The notes below the pieces were generated by a model. The model saw nothing but the letters and a program-made list of their open reading frames with translations, made no database searches and was not told the DNA's origin. A program made the translations under genes and the position numbers. Positions 1-8,216 of a stretch of DNA of 64,000 nt are shown piece after piece. Positions within the stretch are counted from its first letter, which is position 1. Each line of letters begins with the position of its first letter. The stretch is from Candidatus Daviesbacteria bacterium (GTDB lineage Bacteria; Patescibacteriota; Microgenomatia; Daviesbacterales; UBA10151), in the NCBI GenBank assembly GCA_016176335.1, contig JACOXI010000003.1:113104-177103 (forward strand), given 5' to 3'.

Positions 1-14
1 TACTATGCGCATAA

Positions 15-118
15 CTTAATAATATCTCAAAACTCAAATGTCAAAACTATAACTTTTAACTGCCTTCGGCAGAACAAATCTTAAAACATTTGAGATTATT
101 TTAGATCTACAGAATAAA
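15..118 (+). repeat. Dispersed ~100-bp repeat R1, copy a (ATCTCAAAACTCAAATGTCAAAACTATAACT ... AAACATTTGAGATT ... TTAGATCTAC)
   Basis: Near-identical stretches recur at 18164-18262 (same orientation) and 45630-45735 (reverse complement). Seen directly in sequence. Confidence 0.55.
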
Positions 119-1937
119 TTTTACTCCCATCAAGCAAATATACTTTCTTCCCTACTTCATCCACCACCAAATCCGTTGATGTTGCGAATTTTTCTCCCTC
201 AATTTGTCCTTTATAACTGCCGGTCTTTGTTAAGATCAAGAGTCTGGAATTGCCGGAGTCCAGAAGATACAGATTCTCTGTATCGGATGAGACAAAAAAG
301 CTCTTAGGACCCAAAACTCCTCTATCCAAACCCTCATACCCAAAATGGTCTTTTTCTCCTCTCGTGAACCTTAACATCTCCCCACCGGATTTTAATACAT
401 AGACAGAAGACTCAATCTGCATCCTTAAGCTGCCGGCAAAATCCGGCTTTGTACCGGCAGTTAAATATTCTCTTTTGCCGGAATATCCTTCAGCAATCGG
501 CAGATATTTCCAAATCTGTCCATTATTTGGCGTATCTTTGCCGATAGTATCCAGCAAATAAACATTGCCGGCAAAACCATACAAATCTGCAATTTGTCCC
601 AAATCTTGATCTGTTTTGGCAACTTCGGTGATTTTTTGACTCCCTGTATCCACCCTTAATATCCCTTTATCTTTTGAGAAAACAAAAGCTAGCGCTCCGT
701 TTAGGGAAACAAAAGTGGCTTCACCCAATGTTTGGGATCCTGCTAAAATTTGATTTGTCTTCTTTCCGATATCAACCAACACCAGTGTTTTAACAGTCGG
801 ATCCAACAGCAAAATCTTGCCTGACGATAAACTCATCCTGGTGGCATTGAAGTTTTCTTTAACCAAGTTTAAATCCAAAAATATCGGGAATTCGGAAACT
901 TTAGATTGTTGCAAAATTGAGGCCGATTCCTGACTAATCTGCGCTTTCAAATTTTTGCCCTCCTCATCTTTAGGCTTTAAAGATAAGGCTTTATCAATCT
1001 CATCCTTGGCAGAGTCCAATCTGGCTTTTGCCTCAACCCGGTTTAGGGTGGACAGACCTTTGGCCGCATTAAAATCATCCCGGGCCTGCTTTAAAGTCTG
1101 GTTGAAAAGAGTCTGTTTTTGCTCATCTTTTGCGGATTTAAATCTTAAAGCCAATCCTCCTGCCAAAAAAATTAGCAAAATTGCCGCCAAAATAAGTTTT
1201 CCTCTGCCGCTTTTGGGGATAAAAGAATTGAGCTTGATTAAAAGAAAAAAAGTCTTTTCCGGTATTTTTGTCAGGAGAAATCTGGAAAATGTGATGCTTT
1301 CTCCCCTCATTACCGGCTGTTGCTCAACTTTCTGATCTAAACTTTCAATTGCCACACTCTCTACTTCCTTTTCCACCTCAACCAAAAGTCCTGCCAAACC
1401 ATTGCCTTCCGAATTCAGCGCACCAATTCTATCTGTTAAATCCCCCTCAAAAGCATCCATCGGCAAATTTAAGGACTGATGAATATCGTCTGATAAAACA
1501 TCAGTCAAATTTTTTGTGGCAAAAAATATCCTGTCTCCCTCTTGCAAGAATCCCGAGACAAGTTGGGCAGGAGCGCCGATTGAAAAAAGCGAAGAAATTT
1601 TTTCTGCTCTTTTGAGAAAAACTTCAACATTTCCCAACCCGATAAAATACAATACTTTTCCGAGAATGGATGCCACCAGAATATCAAATTCCGCTCCTTC
1701 AAACTTTTTCTTGGCTTCCTCGTAAGTAACATTAAGTTTTTCCGAAGGAGTACCTTCCGCCTCAAAATAAAAATCGGAAAGCTCGGATAAGGCCAATCTG
1801 CCTTTGGTAAAAGCGTCATCGGACACAAGCTCCAAAACTGCAAAAAAAGCATCATCCCCGTCCCTGATCAAGGAAGTTACTTGGGCAGCTTTTTGGTCGG
1901 TGTTCAGCCCGAGAACTTGAGCAACATTTAGTTTCAC
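96..1937 (-). CDS. Membrane protein: N-terminal cytoplasmic domain, one central TM helix (ILAAILLIFLAGGLAL), C-terminal repeat region with recurring YLLD motifs (beta-propeller-like)
   Basis: 613-aa uninterrupted ORF with a coherent domain layout. Repeats: NVYLLDTIG, NLYLLDSGN, KVYLLDGSK. Function not recognised. Confidence 0.7.
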   Translation of the reverse strand: MKLNVAQVLGLNTDQKAAQVTSLIRDGDDAFFAVLELVSDDAFTKGRLALSELSDFYFEAEGTPSEKLNVTYEEAKKKFEGAEFDILVASILGKVLYFIGLGNVEVFLKRAEKISSLFSIGAPAQLVSGFLQEGDRIFFATKNLTDVLSDDIHQSLNLPMDAFEGDLTDRIGALNSEGNGLAGLLVEVEKEVESVAIESLDQKVEQQPVMRGESITFSRFLLTKIPEKTFFLLIKLNSFIPKSGRGKLILAAILLIFLAGGLALRFKSAKDEQKQTLFNQTLKQARDDFNAAKGLSTLNRVEAKARLDSAKDEIDKALSLKPKDEEGKNLKAQISQESASILQQSKVSEFPIFLDLNLVKENFNATRMSLSSGKILLLDPTVKTLVLVDIGKKTNQILAGSQTLGEATFVSLNGALAFVFSKDKGILRVDTGSQKITEVAKTDQDLGQIADLYGFAGNVYLLDTIGKDTPNNGQIWKYLPIAEGYSGKREYLTAGTKPDFAGSLRMQIESSVYVLKSGGEMLRFTRGEKDHFGYEGLDRGVLGPKSFFVSSDTENLYLLDSGNSRLLILTKTGSYKGQIEGEKFATSTDLVVDEVGKKVYLLDGSKIYSVDLK

Positions 1938-1952
1938 GTTTTTTGAATCCTT

Positions 1953-2243
1953 TCAAAGAATTCCCCAAATCAAAATGATTAATCCTATGGCCAAGCCTGC
2001 GTGTACAATTGACACTGCCGAAACAATGGGGGAAACCTTGGTAATTAAAGTTTTGGACATAAGAGTTACTTGTCTGACAATCATTATGGCAAATATAGCG
2101 TAAAATAGTAAAATTATCAAAATTGCAGTCTTCAAAAAGACCAGTACTGCATCAGAATCAAAAAGATTAGTCGGGGTGGTGGTAGGCATCTCTCCCCCTT
2201 CCGTAAATTTTGTGCGCTTCATCCAAAACAAAATCCGCCACAT
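1953..2243 (-). CDS. Small hydrophobic membrane protein (two predicted TM helices)
   Basis: 96-aa ORF, strongly hydrophobic. Overlaps the 5' end of the next gene, so its true start is uncertain. Confidence 0.3.
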   Translation of the reverse strand: MWRILFWMKRTKFTEGGEMPTTTPTNLFDSDAVLVFLKTAILIILLFYAIFAIMIVRQVTLMSKTLITKVSPIVSAVSIVHAGLAIGLIILIWGIL

Positions 2244-2739
2244 GATGCGGCCTTGGTATAGAGTGCAAATCTATATTTTTTGTGGCACCTGCTGTCTGAA
2301 TAAAAACATCACCGTAATTAAAAACGGAATTTAGTATTCCGCCCATAGAAGATGAGGTATCTTCAATGTTTCTTAAGGGGGCTACATCAATATTTTTAAA
2401 AAGGATGGAATGAAAATCAACATCAACTATGTTTTTATCGGTCACTATATACACATTAAAATACCAATATAAGAAACCCTCAAAAGCAATAATTAGAATC
2501 AGCAGATAGTTAATAATTAAAAAAACTATTCCGTATGCGGGAGGAAGAAAGGATAAATCAATCCCTGCGGATGAAAATAATCCCGGCAGCAAAATTGGGA
2601 GAAAAAACAGCAGAACAGATGGTGCTATCCAAGACAAATTTGTAATGGGGTGCGCTCTTAAAAGTAAAAGGATCTTTTCGTCCGTGTCTTGACCTTCAAA
2701 GCGGCAATTGACAGGTCTTTCTATATAAGCAGAAAACAT
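2167..2739 (-). CDS. Membrane protein with bacterial PH-like (YdbS/DUF304-type) domain
   Basis: Two TM helices followed by a soluble domain, typical of bPH_2 proteins. A second member of the family is at 55307-55900. Confidence 0.5.
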   Translation of the reverse strand: MFSAYIERPVNCRFEGQDTDEKILLLLRAHPITNLSWIAPSVLLFFLPILLPGLFSSAGIDLSFLPPAYGIVFLIINYLLILIIAFEGFLYWYFNVYIVTDKNIVDVDFHSILFKNIDVAPLRNIEDTSSSMGGILNSVFNYGDVFIQTAGATKNIDLHSIPRPHHVADFVLDEAHKIYGRGRDAYHHPD

Positions 2740-2770
2740 GACAGTTGGAGTATATCACAAGTAGCTTAAG

Positions 2771-4507
2771 TTACTTGGTTTCCACATTAAACAATGGTCC
2801 CACTATTTGAATATTGGCAGGCGCTCTTTGGTTAAAGTAATTTTTAAAATCCGAACCTGAAAAAGTTATCCCGTTAATAGTAACTGAGGTCGTTCGTCCA
2901 CTTCCAAAATCAGCACTAACAGAAACTGAGGAAGCATTATCAATAGGAGTCCCTCCTCTTGATCTAAGTTCTTGTTTTACCCTATCAGAACTCCAGTTAT
3001 CCGTTAGGGGACAACCTTGTTTAGGATCAGGTGGAGGAGCTGGTTTATCAGGTTGGAAGACAAAACATCCTAAAGAGGAATCTTTTTGCATAAGCATGAT
3101 TACATTGGCAATATCTGCAACTTCATCTAACTTAAGCCAGGCAGATTTGGCATATTCATTTCTATACCCTTGTGCCGCATAAAAACAGGGAGAATCTTTA
3201 TCATAAGCTTTGGAAAACAGATCCCCAAAGTTGCCTACATCCCCACCTATATCCCTAATTCTTTTGGTGAAAGAAGTGCCGGATCCCCAAACATCAGCGG
3301 ATGAAAAAGTATACCCTCCGTCTGTGGAAGAATACCAGGCTTTAACCGCCGACCCACCCGATACCATGACTTTTCCGTTAGTTTCGTTGACAGCCCGCTC
3401 CCAGTTTCCTCCTTTGTTGCCGCCTTTGTAAACCTGACACTGTTGGGTGGTGCAAATCTCTCCTGACCCATTGTTGGTGTAAGCCAGGGCATAAGAGCGG
3501 GCAGCAGCGGCTTGAGCTTTTAAAGCCTCAATCGGCCAGGAATCAGGCATCTCGTAAATGCCCAAAAGATAGGTTTCTAAAGGTATAGAGCCGTATCCTT
3601 GGACAGAAATATTAATGTTTGGTCTTTGTTCAAAACTAAAATCTTGGAAATAAGCTCTTAAGATATCTTCATGGCTTTGTCCAGCTTGGGCTCTACCTAA
3701 AGCCCCATACTGGTTCATACCAACTCTGTGCGGGATACCGAAAGTAAAGAAGGCAAATGCCGGTCTAAAACCCGGGTCCAAATTCCGGTCATCAGTACAA
3801 AACAGGGGGCCTGCACCCAAAGAAGTAGGCAGATTTAAGGATGCCTGTCTTTGAGCAATGATGGCTTGTTGACGAGCAGTCAGTTGAGCAATTTTTGAGG
3901 ATAGCTCGGACTGGAAGGCTTTGGCTTTGCTTATCTCCCCTCCTAAAAATTTGGCATTTTTATCTACTTCTGCTTGCAGGATGGCCAACCTGGCTTTATC
4001 TTTTTCCAGTTTATCTTTTTGGGTCAACAGATCAATCACTTCTTGAGTTATTGAGGAAATAATTTGCCTGTCTTCTTTGGCAACTGTTTGGCGGTAGGAT
4101 AATTCTCTGAATAAATCACCGGCTTGAAAGGAAGAAAGAATGACAATTAAAGGGTCTGAAAGAAATGACCTGATGTAATAGGCCCTGACCCTCTCTTCCA
4201 AAAGAGCTTGCTGAAGAGCAATTTTATCTTCTCTGACATCTAACTCTTTTTGTTTAGTCTGAATATTGGCGGATAAAGTGTTTAAGCTTGCCTGGATTTG
4301 GGCCAGTTGTCTTTGTAAAGAAGAAAACTGTCCTTCCAAAGGCTTGGTGGCGGAAACAGACAGCTCTCTTTGCTTGTTTAAATCATTAATTTGTCTTTGT
4401 AAATCCTCTATCTCATCAGCATGGACAGTTGGTAGTAAGTAGTTAGTAGTAAGTAGTAAGGAAAAAAAGGTGAAGATAGCTATCAAAAACTTTTTGCCAG
4501 AAGACAT
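2771..4507 (-). CDS. SpoIID/LytB-domain protein with N-terminal signal/TM and long coiled-coil
   Basis: Matches the SpoIID/LytB amidase-enhancer family (VGMNQYGALGRA, AAAARSYALAYT, YSSTDGGYT). ATG at 4507; an alternative TTG start lies at 4537. Confidence 0.75.
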   Translation of the reverse strand: MSSGKKFLIAIFTFFSLLLTTNYLLPTVHADEIEDLQRQINDLNKQRELSVSATKPLEGQFSSLQRQLAQIQASLNTLSANIQTKQKELDVREDKIALQQALLEERVRAYYIRSFLSDPLIVILSSFQAGDLFRELSYRQTVAKEDRQIISSITQEVIDLLTQKDKLEKDKARLAILQAEVDKNAKFLGGEISKAKAFQSELSSKIAQLTARQQAIIAQRQASLNLPTSLGAGPLFCTDDRNLDPGFRPAFAFFTFGIPHRVGMNQYGALGRAQAGQSHEDILRAYFQDFSFEQRPNINISVQGYGSIPLETYLLGIYEMPDSWPIEALKAQAAAARSYALAYTNNGSGEICTTQQCQVYKGGNKGGNWERAVNETNGKVMVSGGSAVKAWYSSTDGGYTFSSADVWGSGTSFTKRIRDIGGDVGNFGDLFSKAYDKDSPCFYAAQGYRNEYAKSAWLKLDEVADIANVIMLMQKDSSLGCFVFQPDKPAPPPDPKQGCPLTDNWSSDRVKQELRSRGGTPIDNASSVSVSADFGSGRTTSVTINGITFSGSDFKNYFNQRAPANIQIVGPLFNVETK

Positions 4508-4594
4508 GTTTTTAATTTTACCATCACGAGCTACCAACTACCATCTACTGGCTACTGATTTTAACTTGTGGTAAGCTGAAACTAATGTCCAAAG

Positions 4595-4825
4595 TTACTT
4601 AAGAAGTTTGATAAATTTATCTTTTGTAATTTCTAAATCTCTTTTGATGATTTTTGTTAACAGCCCAATACCGATGGTATCCGATGGATGAATAGGTATG
4701 GTAGTTCTCCTTCCATCAGAATGTATATAAACTGCATGGCTGCCGCTCTGATCACGGAATTGAAAACCCAATTTTAAAGTCACTTTTACTAAGTCCCGTG
4801 CTTTAATTTGGGGTAATTTTGACAT
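4595..4825 (-). CDS. hicA: HicA-family type II toxin (mRNA interferase)
   Basis: 76 aa. GSHAVYIHSDGRRTTIPIHPSDTIGIGLLTKIIKRD matches the HicA consensus (GSHxxxxhpdgrrxtvPxH). Lies immediately downstream of hicB. Confidence 0.8.
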   Translation of the reverse strand: MSKLPQIKARDLVKVTLKLGFQFRDQSGSHAVYIHSDGRRTTIPIHPSDTIGIGLLTKIIKRDLEITKDKFIKLLK

Positions 4826-5068
4826 TTAGACGGTAACTTCAAGTGAAGTTAAACTGACAGGCTGGACTTTAGGAATTTCTTGTCTGTCTTCTTTAGAAAT
4901 CTTTAAATTAAGTTTGATAGCATCACGGATGTTGGTAATTGCTTCCTCCAGTGTCTTACCTTGAGTATGACAACCCTGTATTTCAGGACAATCGGCTACA
5001 AAAAAACCGTCTTCATCTTTCTCGATAATTACAGGAAAATTGTAGGTGGTAGTTTTAATCTTTTTCAT
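4826..5068 (-). CDS. hicB: HicB-family antitoxin (UPF0150 fold)
   Basis: MKKIKTTTYNFPVIIEKDEDGFFVADCPEIQGCHTQGKTLEEAITNIRDAI is the HicB N-terminal domain. ATG at 5068; adjacent to hicA with no gap. Confidence 0.75.
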   Translation of the reverse strand: MKKIKTTTYNFPVIIEKDEDGFFVADCPEIQGCHTQGKTLEEAITNIRDAIKLNLKISKEDRQEIPKVQPVSLTSLEVTV

Positions 5069-5138
5069 AGCCAAATTGTACCATAAAATATTTTCAATCA
5101 CTAGTCCCAAAACCCTAAAATATGCTAAGCTGAAAATA

Positions 5139-6290
5139 ATGTCCAAGGTTAATAAAATTCTCGCAATAATATTTTTATTTAGTTTTGGCCTACTGGTTTA
5201 TTTCCCTCAGACAGTAGCGGCAGCCAATTGTCCCTTTACTTTTGATCCTCCTGTACCTTACCAAAATATGGGTGATTTATCGGTAACTATTACACCTCGT
5301 GATATAAAAAGTGGAACTTACCAACTTGTGACTTACAAAGGAAATATCTCCAAACCTGAAATAAATACACGTGGTGATATTCAATTAATTACAGGAAAGG
5401 CTGTTACCACTCAGCTCAAAAAACCACTCTCTGGATGGGAAGCAGGCACTTACACACTCTACCTGAGAGACCGAGATGTTGAGGGTAGTGTTCAAGATGT
5501 GGCTGCTTGTAAAACAAGCTTTTCCTTATCAGATATCCCAGCCCAACCTACATGTACGGCTAGTATAGAAACAAAACCAATTGATCCTGATACTAAAGTC
5601 GTATTAAAAATCTCCGATATTGCATCAGGTAATTACGATATATTAATAAATAATGAGTTTGCCGAGACATATAACACAAGTACCGGTGAAACAGTGTTTT
5701 TATGTAAGGGTGGAACTGAAGATAAGAATTGCAAATTTAATGTTGGTACCTATACAGTCACTATTAAAAACCAATGCGGATTCGGCGATTTCACTTGCAA
5801 AAGCCGGCTGCAGTGCAAGCCAGTAGCTTTCCAGGTTGCTCCTTTAGGAAGTGCTGGAGGTGGGCAGGTAGATACAACTCAAGTAGGGACTGCGACTACA
5901 AAGCAATGTAAAAGTAAGGATGATCCAACTTTCAATAAGAACACCGATATGGTTTGTGCTCTAGCTGGAGGGATTCCATGCGAGAATAAAAACGATGGCA
6001 GAGGACCAGCTTTTGCTACTGCCATTGGCTGTATTCATACCTCTCCTGTTGAATTTATCAAGGACTTTTTAAAGTTTATCTTGGGGATTTCCGGAGGATT
6101 GGCATTTTTGATGATGCTTTTGGGAATATTTCAGATGCTGACTTCTGCCGGTAATCCGGAGACTTTATCAGCCGGCAGGGACAGGTTGCAATCTGCCGTC
6201 ATAGGACTTTTGTTTGTAATTTTTGCTGTTCTTCTGCTTCGAATTATTGGAGTTGATATACTGGGACTGGGAGGACAGTTTGGTTTATAA
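5139..6290 (+). CDS. Secreted Cys/Thr-rich protein with C-terminal VirB2/TrbC-like pilin domain (candidate pilus-tip adhesin or major pilin precursor)
   Basis: Signal peptide (MSKVNKILAIIFLFSFGLLVYFPQTVAAA) and many Cys. The C-terminus (GIFQMLTSAGNPETLSAGRDRLQSAVIGLLFVIFAVLLL) carries the same motif as the five small pilin-like proteins downstream. Confidence 0.65.
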   Translation: MSKVNKILAIIFLFSFGLLVYFPQTVAAANCPFTFDPPVPYQNMGDLSVTITPRDIKSGTYQLVTYKGNISKPEINTRGDIQLITGKAVTTQLKKPLSGWEAGTYTLYLRDRDVEGSVQDVAACKTSFSLSDIPAQPTCTASIETKPIDPDTKVVLKISDIASGNYDILINNEFAETYNTSTGETVFLCKGGTEDKNCKFNVGTYTVTIKNQCGFGDFTCKSRLQCKPVAFQVAPLGSAGGGQVDTTQVGTATTKQCKSKDDPTFNKNTDMVCALAGGIPCENKNDGRGPAFATAIGCIHTSPVEFIKDFLKFILGISGGLAFLMMLLGIFQMLTSAGNPETLSAGRDRLQSAVIGLLFVIFAVLLLRIIGVDILGLGGQFGL

Positions 6291-6299
6291 TTTAAACCC

Positions 6300-6617
6300 A
6301 TGGAAAAGCTTGGTGATTTATTAAAAGATTCCGGTGTGCCAAACTTTAGCGGTCAAAATGCCAAACTTGGAGTACTTTTATCCGGCCTTTTAAACATAGC
6401 TTTTTATATTGCTGTTTTTTTGGCTTTTTATTGGCTGGTGTGGGGGGCTTGGGCTTATCTTTTTGCTTCAGGTAAAAAAGAAGACCTGGCCAAAGCACGG
6501 GCGCGAATCAGTTGGGCCTTAATAGGGTTAATTGTGATCTTTTTGGCTTACTTTATAGCCAAATATGCTTCGGAGTTTTTCCCAACACAATTTGGTAAAG
6601 GAGGAGGACCGTTTTGA
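6300..6617 (+). CDS. VirB2/TrbC-like pilin paralogue 1
   Basis: 105 aa, two TM helices. Family motif WGAWAYLFASGKKEDLAKARARISWALIGL (family consensus [WF]GAFxW[ML]TSGG(x)7AR(x)2I(x)2AxIG). Confidence 0.6.
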   Translation: MEKLGDLLKDSGVPNFSGQNAKLGVLLSGLLNIAFYIAVFLAFYWLVWGAWAYLFASGKKEDLAKARARISWALIGLIVIFLAYFIAKYASEFFPTQFGKGGGPF

Positions 6618-7018
6618 GAGAATTTAGAATTAAGCTTTTTTTGAATTATTTTTTTATAGCTTTATTCTTGATTCTTACAGCTTTATTCTTACCAATCCCT
6701 GCTTATGCTGCATCTCCTGCTCCCGGGGTAGATATTAAAGAGTATTTTGGTTTTGGAAATATTGGCTCTTTGGGGGAAGGGACTACCAGACTGGTGGAGC
6801 CGGCTTTTCAGTTAACAGCAGCAGTGGTGGTGATCTACTTTCTTTTGGGGGCATTTAAATACTTAAGGGCAGGTGGCAACAAAGAGGAACTGGAGGGTGC
6901 AAGGCAAATGATTATCCATGCCATTATTGGGTTTATAATACTCATGTTTGCTTTTTTGGTGTTACAGTTTATATTATCGAACTTGTTTAAAGTAACTGAT
7001 TTTCAGATAATAGGGTAA
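6614..7018 (+). CDS. VirB2/TrbC-like pilin paralogue 2
   Basis: 134 aa. Signal peptide, then GAFKYLRAGGNKEELEGARQMIIHAIIG. Overlaps the previous gene by 4 nt (operon). Confidence 0.6.
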   Translation: MREFRIKLFLNYFFIALFLILTALFLPIPAYAASPAPGVDIKEYFGFGNIGSLGEGTTRLVEPAFQLTAAVVVIYFLLGAFKYLRAGGNKEELEGARQMIIHAIIGFIILMFAFLVLQFILSNLFKVTDFQIIG

Positions 7019-7020
7019 TT

Positions 7021-7353
7021 ATGGATTTTTCAAAAAATTTCGGCTCTATTAGTCCCCCGCCTGCTATAAAAGATTTTATTGGCAGTGACCCAACAGGCGC
7101 AGGTGGAATTAGTCAGTTTTTAAGTAATCTTGTGACCCTGATTTATGGTTTAGCTGCCATAGTTTTGCTTTTTATGATCCTTTGGGGAGCTTTTGACTGG
7201 ATGACTTCCGGAGGGGAAAAAGAAAAGTTAGAATCTGCCAGAAATAAAATCATCAGTGCCATAATCGGCATCATGCTTTTTGCAGTGGCTTTTGCTATCA
7301 TCCAGGTTTTAGGCCAATTTACAGGATTTACATTTTTCGTCGGCCAAAAGTGA
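7021..7353 (+). CDS. VirB2/TrbC-like pilin paralogue 3
   Basis: 110 aa. WGAFDWMTSGGEKEKLESARNKIISAIIG. Confidence 0.6.
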   Translation: MDFSKNFGSISPPPAIKDFIGSDPTGAGGISQFLSNLVTLIYGLAAIVLLFMILWGAFDWMTSGGEKEKLESARNKIISAIIGIMLFAVAFAIIQVLGQFTGFTFFVGQK

Positions 7354-7410
7354 CCCTAATTCAACCAGCACTTGACAAGTAGTTTATACTTTGAATAAGA
7401 TTAAGACATT

Positions 7411-7785
7411 GTGAAAAAATTAGTTGTTTTATTATCAACCATTATTGCGCTTGTAGCCCCCAAGATAGCCTTTGCCGCTACTCCACCACCAGTTGTTGTT
7501 AGTCCTCCTCCTCAAGGATATCAGAATTTGGGAAATTTTATTACCCAAGCCATCACTTTGATTTTCGGGTTCGCCATTCTGGTAGTTTTGGTCATGCTGG
7601 TTTGGGGAGCATTTGAGTGGATTACCTCCGGAGGAGACAAGGAAGCTGTTGGCAAAGCCAGAAATAGAATTATTAATGCTTTGATAGGATTGGCTGTGTT
7701 GGCTGTGGCATATGCCCTGACAAAAGTGGCTGCAGATTTTGTAGGCATCAATCTTCTCAATATCACAATACCCGGACCGCCATAA
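7411..7785 (+). CDS. VirB2/TrbC-like pilin paralogue 4
   Basis: 124 aa, GTG start. Signal peptide AFAATPPP. WGAFEWITSGGDKEAVGKARNRIINALIG. Confidence 0.6.
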   Translation: MKKLVVLLSTIIALVAPKIAFAATPPPVVVSPPPQGYQNLGNFITQAITLIFGFAILVVLVMLVWGAFEWITSGGDKEAVGKARNRIINALIGLAVLAVAYALTKVAADFVGINLLNITIPGPP

Positions 7786-7830
7786 TTTTTCTATTTGATC
7801 TTTACAGCCTCTTAATGTTAACCTTAAAAT

Positions 7831-8145
7831 ATGGGTCCTGATGCAGCCGGATTAGATCAGATTGAGCAAGTTTTTACAAGTGTTATATCTGTGATGGTAG
7901 GTTTGGGGTTTGTGGCGCTTTTGGTACTTTTGGTTTTGGCCGGGTTCAAATACCTGACCTCCGGAGGAGAGCAAAAAGCTGTACAGCAGGCTCATCTAAC
8001 AGTTACCTGGGCGCTTTTGGGAATACTTTTTATGGCCATTGCCTGGCTGCTGCTGCAGCTTATTGAAAACTTTACCGGAATAAAAGTCACTACTTTTGAT
8101 ATTAAAAGTTTGTGTGAAGTTGGTGGCAAGCAATTTTGTAAGTGA
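7831..8145 (+). CDS. VirB2/TrbC-like pilin paralogue 5
   Basis: 104 aa. AGFKYLTSGGEQKAVQQAHLTVTWALLG. Confidence 0.55.
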   Translation: MGPDAAGLDQIEQVFTSVISVMVGLGFVALLVLLVLAGFKYLTSGGEQKAVQQAHLTVTWALLGILFMAIAWLLLQLIENFTGIKVTTFDIKSLCEVGGKQFCK

Positions 8146-8216
8146 ATTGTTCCAGCAAGAATTCACTTGACAGTTTAATTTAAAACAACTTAATCTTAAG
8201 TTAGGTAAAAAACCTC

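Noticed and set aside
8146-8180. Hairpin GTGAATT...AATTCAC after the last pilin gene as an intrinsic terminator
   Set aside because: 7-bp stem with an 11-nt loop and no contiguous U-tract. Too weak to call.
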